This document shows, in pieces, positions 50,816 through 64,000 of a DNA stretch of 64,000 bases. The position numbers and the translations under genes were made by a program. The notes beneath the pieces are model-generated. The model saw nothing but the letters and a program-made list of their open reading frames with translations. It had not been told where the DNA came from and did no database searches. Position 1 is the stretch's first letter. Each line of letters begins with the position of its first letter. Origin of the DNA: Nageia nagi (taxonomy: Eukaryota; Plantae; Pinophyta); contig JBITNC010000002.1 of NCBI GenBank assembly GCA_050084985.1, positions 25,296,001 to 25,360,000 on the forward strand, given 5' to 3'.

Positions 50816-51997
50816 TCTTAAAAATATAGAAAAATTAAAAAATATATATTAATTATTTTTGTATTATATTAAAAAATAACATAATTGATATATGTATGTT
50901 AAAAATATTAATTTTTAAATATTAATATTAATATTTATTTAAAATATATTAAAAAAATATGTAGTTTTTTAACACACACATATATATGAGCAAATTAATT
51001 TTTTTTTAAATGAAAAGGAATTTTTTTCCTTTAAAAACAGGGAATAGATTGTGTTTTTTTTTCTTGTACATAATTTTTTTACCATTAATAATATATTTTT
51101 TTTTCCATAATGAAATTGCATTTTTGGATAATAATGAATTGTTTTGCTAAAAAATATTTTGGGAGTTCCACTTATTGTGGTCCACTATTTATATGCACCT
51201 CACAAGCTTTGAGGTGTAGCTCCTTAATAAAGCTACACCTTAAATTAAAAGTGACAATCTATATATACATGTGACTTATTTTTTGTTTAGTACATATAGG
51301 ATTTTGTTTCCAAATGCATAAGCACTAGTAACTATTCATATAAATACTAAAAGCAATAGCCCTTTATGTGGATGATTTTTTTAGGCACAAGTTGATACCT
51401 AACATATTTTTGCAAATAAGTATATTTTTTTAAAGAAAAGGAAAATTTTGAGAGTAAAATTATGATTTTTTTCTTAAAGATCCTTTTCCTTCCTTTTAAG
51501 AAGTATACATAGCAATTGTTTCTTCTTCAAGTAAGGAGTTGAATTTTGCTAAAATTTACTCTTGTTTATCCGAACATCTTAATTTTTTTAACTAACTTCA
51601 CCTTCAAATGAAATAGGATCTTTTGAAATATCTTGTAAAGATAGAAAAAGAAACCCTATTTTAAGAATGGAGGCAATCGAAATGAAGAAAGATCAATTTT
51701 GGAAGGAAATCAATAAAAGAAAAAAGAAAGAAGAATTAATGAAGAAAAAGATGTTTGAGAAATAAAAACTTAAAATGGTTTATTATTTTAAGCAATTTGA
51801 GAACTTCACAACCTTGCTTGCTCAAAGTATTATGAATGATTGGATGGCATTGGATGATGTTGAATAAGCTCTCCTTAGTAATAAATATGCAAGTTACCTT
51901 TTGTTTCTTTGCTAAAACTCTTGTGCTTAAGATAAACAAGAGTAAGATGCAAAAATCCACTCAAATCTTTGAAAGAGCATTTTTTCACTAATCTCTA

Positions 51998-54430
51998 TGT
52001 AATGCTTCACCTATTATTGACTTCACCAAAACCCTAAAATTCAAACCTATTTTTTTAATATTTAATTTGAACACTTGAATGATTTAGGAATGGACAAGGT
52101 AATCCATGTGAGCATGCCAACATTGTTAGCTAATTAGCATCCACATGGCAAGATTTATCAAATTCAGATTAGCCAACCCTGATTTAAAACTTTTTGGTGT
52201 TCACTCATAACTCTCACCCAATTGGAAGATGCCACACAGGTGACTCCATCATTTTCATTCACAAATTGTGCAATGAAAAATCTAGTCACGACATTGTGGT
52301 TCTCTTCTTAGGGACCATATCACCCAAGAGAACGCTTGTCCACAAGATTAGACATCTTCATCCGATGAATAACCCTCCTTAATCATAGGTACAAATAGAT
52401 TTTCCTAAAGAAATTTCCATATAATATGGGTTTAGCGACATCACCTTATCAAATAGTCATCATACTTTTATGTGCTTAACTGCAGGAGGTATAACTACTA
52501 GTCACCCTCACCCTGTAATTGTAGTTTTTTCTATTGCTACCCCTATCTGATAATGTGTCAGGGGTATGAGATACTAGCCTGACCATATCTATCGGTTAGG
52601 CCCACCATGTTGTCTGACATGCTCATGCTTATATTTTGGGGAGCCATGTATATTAAAATAATATCCTTAAGTGGTTTGTTTGGTTTATTAATTTTATTTC
52701 AAAGGTTATAAAGTAAAAATCACCCCATACTATCGTTCCTAGAGATAATTGGTAGCTACCCAATTATTGGTCTTCTAAGTTTACATGCTTGAAGGATACA
52801 AACAACATTGTTTATTACAATCTAATTATTGCATCAAGAACAAACCACATCTCATTATGCATCAATTGAAATATCACCAATTAAATAAATAGTAAACAAT
52901 GATAGTATTCATTTCAAGCATGCACAAGAAGAAGCAAACCAAATCTTATTCAAGAAGCCTATATAAAATATGCATAAGAGTTTCTCAATTCAATAATCCC
53001 ATATGTACTATGGAAGAAAAAGAACAAAACTTTAAAAGTACTATACTACCAAGAGATAATAACAAATCATGAGAATCTTCTAAAAGAAACTATTCCTAGC
53101 AAGGGAGTGGGGCATAAAGTGGTTATCACTCAAGGATTATTTTTGGTTTAAGATTTTCTTTGTTATTTGGCGGTCTTATGACAACAATAATTTGTTTATT
53201 TCCTTTAGACATCAGTCATTAGATGACCAATAGGATTCAAACAAGCTATTGGTATGCTTAGCCAATTATTACCCAGGTTCAAAGATTGTCATTCATACCT
53301 AGGTTATTTTTTCAACATCACTATATTTAGGGTATTAAACCTGACATCTAGGTATCTAACATAAAGATCTGTCTTGGATCCAAATTTACAAGGAGGTTCA
53401 CTATCCTTCAAAGACTCTTACAAATCCATCAAGGGGAGGAAGAAAGTGTGATATTCATCCTCACAAAGATAATGGAATTGAGAACCCAACTTATGGCTTG
53501 TGGGTATAATTGGATAAATGATGAGTTCAAGGTTCTCATCATTTTGTAAAGTTTTTTATTCAAGTCAAATCACTTTATAACCATCATTGAAAAAAAACTT
53601 GATGATGACGAGGAAACCTTCTCCTTAGAGAACCTTTCACTAAAGATCATTTCATATTCATTTATCTCATCTACTATGATAGTATTCATTTCAAGTGTGA
53701 CAATCATCCTACCAAAAATGCATTGCACTTTATATGAAAGAAGTTAATTGCCTCAGATTGAAAGTGATCACTAATAGATCCCACAACACATGGTGGAATT
53801 TATTCAACTTTTGTTTGTAATCTTCAAGGTTCAAATAGTTCTTCCATTATTTTAGACACCTCATACAAAATTCCAAGGTACATAGGAGGGAGGAATATTT
53901 AGGATCTAAGGTAGATTAATAATTCTTTACCACTTCACCCCTAGATTAAATATTTTTTTACCCATCCCTAAAATTATTGCAAGTAAAAATTAAATACCTA
54001 AGTGAAAAATCAAATCTAGGCATCTAAAATACTTTACCTTTGGATATTATCTATCCTGCAAGGTAAATTTATTAGTGCATAAAAATGTCACAGTGGTCAT
54101 ACATCATGCACACCAAACATGAAATGCAACTATATGATTTATTGTAGCCCTTATGGGCTGTCAACAATTCAATGACCAATTGTATCCTCACTCTTATCGA
54201 TACATTCCCTCAACCAACTCATCTTTAGTTCACTCGGATCTCCAATTTGACTCCCATGTTGATTCAACTTGTAACTTGTGTCAAAACAACCTCGAAACCA
54301 ACATCAAATCAATACAAATATCATATATATCCACTCATAATATATCTTATTGCATAAATTATCTCAAATCAAATTCAAATTTCCTGAAGGCATTCAGATC
54401 TTAGCAAGTGTAATTGGGCGGATCTTTACA
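51998..54430. mobile_element. Solo LTR (2433 bp including a ~420-bp insertion) nested in the Copia leader
   Basis: TGTAATG...TTTACA termini; perfect TSD CTCTA (51993-51997 and 54431-54435). Confidence 0.8.
53363..53783 (+). repeat. Direct copy of Copia gag segment 55190-55647
   Basis: Roughly 90% identical by eye from AAAGATCT..TTGGATCCAAATTTACAAGGAGG to TAATAGATCCCA, apart from one replaced block. Confidence 0.9.
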
Positions 54431-54920
54431 CTCTAAGTCTAAAGAAACTACTAACTTGCCTTGTGTGGTTGCTTTCCTTAATGGCTAAAATAATTGACAA
54501 AATACTTAAATCATTACAACTAAGTATACAAAAGTAAAAAGTGCACTAAGCTATATTTGATCAAATAATTACCAACCGAAAAATGTAGTTTAGAATTCAC
54601 TAACCTATAGTATTTATTATTTCTAAATTCTAATCAATGTGGAATAAGTTGCACTAACAATTACAATGTATGACTTACAAATTGCAAAAACTACAATTTG
54701 CACTTTTTAAAATTTGCAACTTGCTTACAATTTGCACATTCTACAATTTGCAACATTGGAACAAGGGCTTTACAATTGCAATAATGTCAGTTTTTGATAA
54801 TTTGCTTAATAAATGGATAATTTTTACACTATCACACAAATTGTAATTATTAGTGTAGATTGCAATCTTATGTGAGTTCTTTTGTACTTTAATATTAAAA
54901 TTCTTCTTTTCTTGTAGAGA

Positions 54921-55480
54921 AATGCGAGAATCTTCAATTACTCCAAAACACATCCTTGATGGCATCAACTTTGGTATTTGGAAACAAAAGATGAAAACAA
55001 AGCTTCAAGCACACAAGTTTTGACAAATTCTAAATGAAGAACAAATTGCTCCAACTAAAGCAAAGGCACTTGAAATCACAATAATAAAAATGAGCAAGCG
55101 ATTTCCATGAGCTTTTATGTGATTTTCGATGAGATTCTTCTTATGACAACATGCTCCACTACTGCCAAAATAGCTTGGGATCGCCTCAAAAAGATCTATA
55201 TTGGATCCAAATTTACAAGGAGGTTCACTATCCTTTAAATACTCTTACAAATCCATCAAGGGGAGTAAGAAAGTGTGACAATCCACCTCACAAAGATAAT
55301 AGAATTGAGAACCCAACTTATGTCTTGTGGGTACAATTGGATAAATGATGAGTTCATGATTTTCATCATTTTGCAAAGTTTGTTATTCAATTTCAATCAC
55401 TTTATAACCATCATTGAAACAAAACTTGATGATGATGAGGAAACCCTCTCCTTAGAGAATCTTTGACTAAAGATCATTTC
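54921..55480 (+). pseudogene. Copia Gag N-terminal part
   Basis: MRESSITPKHILDGINFGIWKQKMKTKLQAHKF...TAKIAWDRLKKIY...IILQSL. Confidence 0.8.
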
Positions 55481-56449
55481 ATATTCATTTATCCCACCTA
55501 CTATGAAATTCAAGGTCATTTCCATTACTTATTCTGAGATGCCCATACTTTGACATAATTGATGAACTATGAAGACCAAAAATGCATTTCACTTTATATC
55601 AAAGAAGCCAATTACCTCAGATTGAAAGTGATCATTAATAGATCCCATGACAGTCGAGTCCCAAACTTATCACATTTTATTTTCAATCGTAAGAAATAAA
55701 TAAAAAACATCATATGAACATTGAAGATTCAGGAATTACTGCTCGTTGATGTATCATTACTAAATCCATAAGGGTTAGTTCCTCTAGTTATAACATCAAG
55801 AAATTCTTCCCATTCTCAAATGTTGATGGAACCTCTTGATTGAGATATATAGGCTTCTTACCTCATTCAAAACTATTTTATTTTCACACTGTTTTTTGTA
55901 TACGTCACTCTTACACATATGAGTTGCACTAGGTGCTCCCCTACTCTTATTATATTTATCTTTTCTACAATCCCATTGACTTATTTTTATCACCTACAAA
56001 CATTAATATCAAATTTCAATTTCAATTTCAATTGCAATTTATAGTATATTTATTTTATAAAATGATACTTGAATCCTCTGCATATTCTTTAATCTTGCCT
56101 TCATATTTGATAGAGCATTTACAACCATAACAATTGAGAAAGATTCACTTTCAAAGAGCCTTTAATATATGTGTAAACTCAATTAATTGTAAATCCACCA
56201 GTTTGGTGTATGTTCGAAATATGAATGTAAAGGTAGTCCTTGTTATGCTTGTAGTTCTCATCTGATTCCTACGCTCTCACAACTTGCTAGTGCATCTTGT
56301 ATATGCTCTTAAATCCTATATATTTTAAAGCATTAATTGCGATATTTGATACCTTAAAGCTTTCTAAGACATTTAAAGTTATCAATGATATGAGATTTGT
56401 GAACAAAAAGAGATTTGATAGTTTTGTAATTTTTTCAATTGAAGACAAG

Positions 56450-58200
56450 TAATATTTATTTTTTTAGAACATTAATCTTTATTTCAAAGCATGTAAAGTT
56501 CATTGAAAATCCTAATGATTCCTCTTCAAGTGAAGTCTTTGAAAAACCCTCTCCAGAAAGGGTTAAATGGTTGGAACCCACTAAAATGAGTCACCTAAAG
56601 AGAAAAATTCTCTATATAAAAGGATCACTAGAAGTATGACTTTGAATAAGTCTCTTCTTACCAAAATTAAAGGCCAAAATGGACCTTAAAATTTTAAGGA
56701 AGCTTCTTTTCATTCTTGTTAGATGGAAGTCAAGAAGTTAGAATTTAATGCTATCATGAAAAATGCAAACTTGAGACTTAGTTCCATATCCAATTAAGAA
56801 GAATGTAATTGGAAATAAATGGCTTTACAAGATTAAGTATAACTCAAATGGTCAAGTTGAGAAATATAACGCAAGGTTGGTGGTTAAGGATTTTGCTAAA
56901 AAATATGGAGTTGATTATGAGGAAACCTTTGCTTCGGTTGCAAAAATATATACAGTTAGACTAATCCTTACCTTTTTAGCATCTATAGGTTGGAATATTT
57001 TTCAACTTGATGTAAATAGTTCTTTTCTTAATGGTAACTTAGATGTTGAAATTTGCATGAATCAACTTAAAGGATTTTTTGTACTAAAAAAAGAATCACG
57101 TGTTTGCAAGCTCAAAATATCATTGTATGGATTTAAATCAGCACCTAGAGCTTGGTATTAAAAGATTTTAGGATAATTTAGAGCTATTGATTTCTCCAAG
57201 TGTTATGCAGATTCAAATATCTATGTGCTTAAGGAAGAAAAGACTTGACCTTGATCATTCTCTACGTGGATGATCTTTTGGTACTAGAAAGTAATATGGT
57301 AATCATATATGAATGCATATAGAAAGTCAAGTTAGAATGTGATATGATTAACTTTGGTCTATTGCATTACTTCCTTGGTGTGCAAGTTTATCAACATAAG
57401 GATTGTATTTATATTAGTTGCATCTTAGATATTCTATAAAAGTTTGGAATGGAAGAGTGCAAGCCTATGTCTATCCCAATTTCTATTAAAATCAAGCTAG
57501 ATATGAGCTCAGACTTTTAGTTGGCAGATGCTACAACTTATAGGCATCTTATTGGTACACTTCTTTATTTGGCTATCTTCAAGCCATATATTACCTATGT
57601 AGTTAATTTGATGGAAAAGTTTATGCAGAAACCTTATATTGAGTATCTCATTGCAACTAAGAAAATATTGAGGTATATTGTTCGAACTAGGGATCTTTTC
57701 CTCAAATATACCAAGATACCATCCTTTTTTCTTTTAGGATTCTTAAATTTTAACAATGGGGGGGGGAACAAAGATGATAGGAAATCCACTTTTGCTCATG
57801 TGTCCAACATTGGTTCAGGTGCTATCTCTTGGTCTTCTAATAAGAAACCTATTATTACTCTATTTACCACTTAAGCAAGATATAGAGTTATGATAATTTT
57901 AGCCTAGGATTCTATTTGGCTTAGGAATAATTTGAAGGAAATTGGGTTTGAATAGTGAGGTCCATCTCATATTTTCTCAGATAACCAGTTAGCTATTGGT
58001 TTAGCCAAGAACCCTATATACCATAAGAGAACAAAGCATGTTGAAATTCAAGCATATTTTATCAAGAAGAAAGTTCTAAATGACACATTGCAACTTCAAT
58101 ATTATCCATTTCACTTAAACTTTGTTGATTTATTTACCCAACCCCAACTTCCAAAAGATTAATTTTGCAAGCTTAGGGAGTCTCTTAGGTTAATGAAGTT
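56450..58200 (+). pseudogene. Copia pol remnant: RT and RNase H
   Basis: FISKHVKFIE; KYGVDYEETFA; QLDVNSSFLNG; SLYGFKSAPRAWY; YVDDL; DDRKST; LAKNPIYHKRTKHVEI. Confidence 0.88.
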
Positions 58201-59665
58201 ACCCTCAATAGGTAGTTAAGTATGAATTGTTATTTGAATTCATGTATGTGATGATAACTTCACCCCTAGGAGGATTTTATTTATGTATAATTTTGATCTT
58301 TGTGTGTGCACTTTGGAGCATATGATAGAATTTATGTACTTTATTTAGATATCCATGTAGGATGAACTTATTTATGCGTTACTTAAGTTACCATCTTGAT
58401 GAACATGCATTTCTATACTTCTATACTTGATATCCATGTGTGAGGAATTTGGTTGTGCACTAATTATGTTATCATTATGATAAATATTTATGTATGTATG
58501 TTTACTTAGTTAAACACATGTGAGGAATTGGTATGTGCATTTTTGGACATAAGTTATCATATGATTGGATGATCAACACATGTTTTATTTATACAAGTGA
58601 CTATAGTTTTTCTTGGCATCTTTATGATGAATTATAGTGCACCATTTGATTAATTTATGGATGGTATTGTTTGATTTATTTATATTATATTGAAACAAAT
58701 GTATATATGATGCATCTAATTGATCTTGTTTATGAGTTTCTTATAGCTTACATGTTTCTTTTTGATATTGCAGGTTACTTAGTTTGGGTATGTAGGCTCA
58801 TCGAGGCTCATCATGTCAAAATGTTGTTAAATGACTTGTACATCGAAACCATTTATCATTTATGATAATTGTATTGTAAAATATTTATTCAAATTTTTAA
58901 GTAGTTAACCATTGATTAAGTTTTTGAACCATCTAAATTCTATTACTTCTAAAAATGTCAAATTCTCATCTCCAATTGTATTTTCTATGGAGTAGAACTC
59001 TCTTATACTCTCTTACATTCTTTTTTTATTACTTCTCTAATATTTCATTAAGGGGGAGTGTTATAAAATGTATTATTGTATATATTATTTTTTATAGAGT
59101 ATCTAATGAATAATATCTCTTATATTCATGTAACTCACTATTTAATCCACTTAATACCTAAAAGTATTTCCAAATAATTTTTAAGTATTTAGTGAATTAA
59201 ATATTGTGAGACTTTTCCTACACTCAAGCTCATGGGCATCTCATTGGCATACCCATCCATGGAGATGCACATCCCATGTGCATGAGTTCTCTTTGTATAA
59301 ATATAGGGCTTCCCTTACGTATTATATATATTTGTAGAAAACATTCTTATGCTACTGGTTTGTAGAAACTTTGTAAGAGATTTTGTAAGAGTGTTTTTGA
59401 GAAGCAAAAGAGCTTAGAATTAAAGTTGACTAATATCATATTGAGAGGAACCACTCTACATGTTTTTCTTTACTTTGTATGATTGTTCTTGAGTTGTAGT
59501 TTAGAATAAGTTCAAGCTTAAAGAAGATCTTAGGTGAAGAGAATTCTAGTTTCCTTTACTTTATGGATGTGAATTTTGAGAATGTGATTCGAGACACTCT
59601 GGTTGAGTTCGTATCGAGAGGGTTTTGGTAAATATACTCTCGAGATTTATTTGGTCCAAAATAAC

Positions 59666-62600
59666 TGAAGGAACTAACACTAACAAGATAATTCCTAATC
59701 AACCAAGATCACATGAAAGCTCACAATTACATGTAACAAATTCACAAAGCAATCTCACAACATAAGATGTAAGTGTTTCCTCCAACTAGGAGTACATCCA
59801 CTAATTAGATCTTTACTTCAATCGCAAATACAACTCTCTTACAATCCTTTTAATCTCAACTCCTACACTTCTATCCTATAGTATAACTTTACTTCATAAT
59901 TGTTGTATAATCATAAAGAGGAAGCCTTCTATTTATAGGCCAAAATCCCTCTTTGAATCATCTTTTTATCCAATGTACAAAAGCATGACATGCACCTCTT
60001 TTTACCCAAGGGGCATGCTCATGACATGGAGTGTAGGACAAGTTACATTATCATATTCATTTAAATACTTAAAGTATCAAATGATACCCTTAAGTATTAG
60101 TGAACTTACAAAGAATATTTAATACAAACCTTTACAATAATGCATTATACATTCCAACACTTCCCTTTAATGCAATATTGGGATAGAGCGAGTAAAAGAG
60201 AAGAAGAAGAGAAAGTAAGAGAGTTTTTTTCCAAATAGATACAACAAAGATAGGAACTTTTTACATATTTGTGAAGATCTAGTTTGAGACTCACTACTTT
60301 ACCAAATACAATCATTAACGATAACTGATTTCAATGTACATGAAGTAGTCATCCAACTGGAAGTCATGAAGCATCTCTAAGAGCTTGCATACTTGAGATA
60401 AGTAATTTGTAATTTTAAAAGAACATGTAAGTCATAAGTATCTCAAATAACAAGATCAATTAAATGCATCATATTCATATCAACAAGGATAGATGAATCA
60501 CACGAATACCATCATGAACTGATCAATGATGCACTATAAGTCATTATGAAGATGCCATGCCAAAAACTTATAGTTATCTATTGTATATAAAACATGTGTT
60601 GATTATCATTATAGAGTAGAGCATGCACATACGAGTTCTTCACATATGGATAACTGAATAGTGCCAAAAGACACATAAGAGTTCTTCATATATGGATAAC
60701 TAAACAGTGCTAAATTGATAAAAAATAGAGTATGCACATATGAGTTCCTCACATATGGATAATTGAATAGTGTCAAAAGACACATAAAAGTTCCTTACAC
60801 ATGGATAACTAAACAATGCTAGATTGGCCAATTTGTACAAGTTCTTCATGTAAAGCGAACTTACCATGAAGATGTACAACAAAATCAACACTATACAACA
60901 ATAAATCCTCTTAGGGGTGAAGTTATCATCACAAACATGAATTCAATACAAGAATTCAAACTTCACTTCCCTTTGAGGGTAACTTCACCAACCTAATAGC
61001 ATCCTTAAGCTTACAAAATTAAACTTTCGAGAGGGGCTTAGTGAATAAATCAATGAAGTTCAAGGTGGATGGATAATACTCTAGGTGTATGATGCCATCA
61101 AGAACCTTTTTCTTGATGAAATGGGCATGAATTTTTACATGTTTTATTCTATGATGGAACATAAGATTTTTAGCCAAAAAAATAGTTGACTGATTATCTA
61201 AAGAAATCAAAGATGAGCCACCTTACTCATACCTAATTTTTTTCAGAAGATGCCTTAGCCAAATGACTTCCTAGGTTGCAACAAACATGGTACGATATTA
61301 AGCTTTTATGGTGGAAAAAAAAATAGTAGGATACTTTTTGGAAGCCTAAGAGATAACCTCTGAATTAATGCTAAACAAATACACAGAGGTTGACTTTGTA
61401 TCATCTTTATCTCCCCCATAATCAAAATCTAAGAATCTAGAGAGAATAAATGAGGGTAACTTGGAATACTTGAGAGTAAGATCCTTAGTCCCTGCAACAC
61501 ATTTCAAAATTTGCTTAACATAAGATTTTTGCATGAATCATTCCATCAGATTCACTACAAAGGTAATATCTAGCCTGGATATAGTTAAATACAAAATACT
61601 ACCAATTAATTACTTATAAGCTATAGCATCAGCTAATTGAGAGTTAGAGCTTAGAAAAATAGTGATTCTAAGAGAGATTGGGATTGTAGCATATCTACAC
61701 TTCTCCATTTCAAACTTCTGTAAGATGTCTAATATATACTTAGATTGATTGAGGTAAGTACAATCCTTGTATTGATACACTTACATTCTAAGATATTAGG
61801 GTAAAAGACTAAGATCAATCATTTCAAATATTATCTTAAATTTGGATATACCCTCTTGAATGATTTTATCATTATTTTTAGTAATCAAAAGATCATCCAC
61901 ATAAAAGAGAATCAAGACCACATCTTTTCTTTGATTGAGCACATATAGATTAGAATCAAAAATACACTTGGAGAATCTAATATGTACAAAGTACCATAAA
62001 TCTTTCTATACCAGGCTCTAGGTGCTTGCTTAAGTCCATAAAATGACTTCTTTAGCTTGCATACAAAGGACTCTTTGCCTTATATAATAAACCCTTCTAG
62101 TTGGTTCATGAAGATTTTCACATCTAAGTCACCATTGAGAAATGCACTCTTGACATCAAGTTGAAAAAAATTTCATATTTGAGCTGTAGAAAGAGTAAGA
62201 ATAACTCTTATAGTAGACATTTTTACCATAGGAGCAAAGGTTTTTTCATAATCTATATTGTATTTCTAAGCAAAACCTTTAACTACTAACCTTGCCTTGT
62301 ATTTCTCAATATCTTCAACTGAATTGAATTTGACCTTGTAGATTCACTTATTATCAATCACATTCTTTTTATTGGGATAAGAAACTAAGTTCTAAATTTT
62401 ATTTTTCATAAATGCTTTAGAATCCACTTTTATGGCTTCCATCCAACACTCATGCTTAGAAGTTTTTTTGAAGGCTGAGGGCTCATGCTTGTTGTCAATC
62501 TTGGTAATTAAAGATTTACTAGGAGCAACTTAAAAGTCTTCTAGATCAATAACATCTTCATTAGAAATAGATTCATCAAGAAGTTCATTGAAATTTACAT

Positions 62601-64000
62601 CCTTTGAAATGAACATTACTTTATAGGTTGGAGAGTAGAGCTTGTAACCTCTATGCTAATTGTCATAACTCATAAAGATACATTTTTCAACTTTTTTATT
62701 CAACTTCTTTCTTTTCTCAAAAATAATGTAAAAGAATGCTTCACAACCAAACACTCTAAGATGAGAAATGTTAGGTTTTTTCCTAACCATGCCTCAAAAG
62801 GAGTTTTACTTTGAATGGCTTTTGTGGGACACCTATTTAAGGTGTAAATAACAATGCTCACAACTTCACCCTATAAGAATTTAAGAAGATTACCCAACAT
62901 GCATCTAATCATCTCTATAATTATTCTATTTTTCCTTTTAGTAACACCATTCTACTAAAGAGTGTATGGAATTATAAACTACCTCTTGATTCCATACTTA
63001 GCATAATAGTCATTGAAATCATTGTTGTTATATTCTCCTCCATTATCTGATCTCAATATTTTGATTTTAAAGTTAGTTTGATTTTCAACAAAGATCTTAA
63101 AAATTTTAAAACTCTCAAAGATTTAGTCCTTTTGCTCAAGTAGATACCCAAAGGTCATCCTATTAAAATTATCAATGAAGGTTAAGATGTAAGATGCTCC
63201 TCTAAGCAATTTAATCTGAAATGGATGCATTAAATCTAAATGCACAAGTTGAAGATGTTGAGATGCTCTTGTTACCTTATCTTTTTCAAATTTTTTCTAT
63301 GCATCTTACCAAGAATGCACTTCTCATATAGACCAATCGAATAAGAAATTGAAGATAAACTTTCCATAAGTTCTTGGTTTTTCATGACTTGAATACTCTT
63401 ATGGTTAAGATGCCCTAAGTGATGGTGCCAAAGATTTCCTTTAGAACACACACTAGAAGGAAGACACATCTTTGATAAAACTTGATCCATAATGTAGAGG
63501 TTATCTTTCATAGATCCTTTCACTAAAATGGTAAGTCCTTTCTTAATGCATCAAAATTAAGAGTTGAACTCAAAAAAGTACCCTTTCATAGTAACTTGGA
63601 TCATAGAGAGAAGATTCATCCTTAATTTAAAAATATAGAGAATATTTTTATGAATCACTCTCAATTCCTTGAACTTCAAGGGTAGAATTATCACCTATCA
63701 CAATTGCATCTTTTTTATACTTGTTAAATTTCTCAAACTTTTTTTTTTAAATATAGGTGATTATTGCAACCAAAATCAACAATCCATTCAAATAAAAAAG
63801 AGCAAGATATGGAGTAGAGCATCGCAACAAAATTAGCATGAATATTCTTTTTTTCTTTTTATTTATTTACATTTTTATTACCTTTTGTAGCAATCAATTT
63901 CTTTGTGACCTTGAATGCCATAATAGCTACAATTACTATCAATTTTTTTTTGAGGATATGGATTATTTGCTTTGCCTTTTCTATCTCTTTACTTGAAGTG
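59666..64000 (-). mobile_element. Ty1/Copia LTR retrotransposon; 5' part runs off the window
   Basis: 3' LTR 59666-60159 with PPT at 60160-60170; RNase H, RT, integrase, LWHHHLGHLN...KMHR pre-integrase, protease WIVDFGCNNH and a zinc knuckle towards 63900; LTR and 3' UTR homologous to the 49330 element. Confidence 0.92.
60618..60827. repeat. Higher-order tandem repeat (~110-bp dimer of ~46-bp subunits) in the Copia 3' UTR
   Basis: GAGTTC.TCACATATGGATAACT.AA.AGTGC repeated four times. Confidence 0.75.

Larger units (their letters stand above)
49330..59558 (+). mobile_element. Old Ty1/Copia LTR retrotransposon with long leader and 3' UTR
   Basis: LTRs 49330-49728 and 59059-59558 (diverged, with indels); TSD CTTTA; degenerate PBS TGGTACCATAACC at 49731; PPT AAGGGGGAG 59050-59058; gag at 54921; RT/RNase H 56700-58200. 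Confidence 0.88.
46380..59665 (+). mobile_element. Degenerate non-L1 LINE (46380-49329, resuming 59564-59665), split by Copia insertions
   Basis: ORF1 TKFEEEN..., EARKQGKW; APE LLGDFNAQT; RT IIHPIYKVGDP..SNYRIIMV, FVDFRKAF, LLFADDVI; VPSTLL|YGCEF frame rejoins across TSD CTTTA. Confidence 0.85.

Noticed and set aside
58210-59050. Possible env-like ORF in the long Copia 3' UTR
   Set aside because: Only short, stop-ridden frames and tandem repeats here and in the homologous 60170-60980 region

Overview
This is AT-rich, transposon-dense land-plant nuclear DNA. The giant intron and the TE types suggest a large gymnosperm-like genome (inference). One host gene is visible: the last four coding exons of NDUFS4/FRO1 (mitochondrial complex I 18 kDa subunit, + strand; 1129-1217, 1441-1570, 36629-36658, 37373-37432), with the 5' exon(s) upstream of the window. 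The intron 1571-36628 (35,058 bp) holds: a hAT MITE; a truncated LINE; a Copia element (5426-16485, TSD ATAAA) with a nested chromodomain Gypsy (9865-15609, TSD CCAGA); a solo LTR inside a small foldback; a long non-L1 LINE; an L1 fragment split by a non-autonomous LTR element (27495-31001, TSD CATGC); and a full-length hAT (32618-36406, TSD GTTTTATG). Downstream of the gene lie an L1 and a second non-L1 LINE split by two related, convergent Copia elements (49330-59558, TSD CTTTA; 59666 to window end). A 2.4 kb solo LTR is nested in the first of those Copia elements. The most unusual observations are a Gypsy with near-intact Pol but no capsid domain, an inverted copy of a Copia's own LTR end at its internal deletion, accessory ORFs upstream of Copia gag, an LTR carrying a second copy of its own PPT/LTR junction, mutually similar introns in a hAT transposase, and a patchwork templated insertion. 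All alignments and identities were done by eye; no database search was run.
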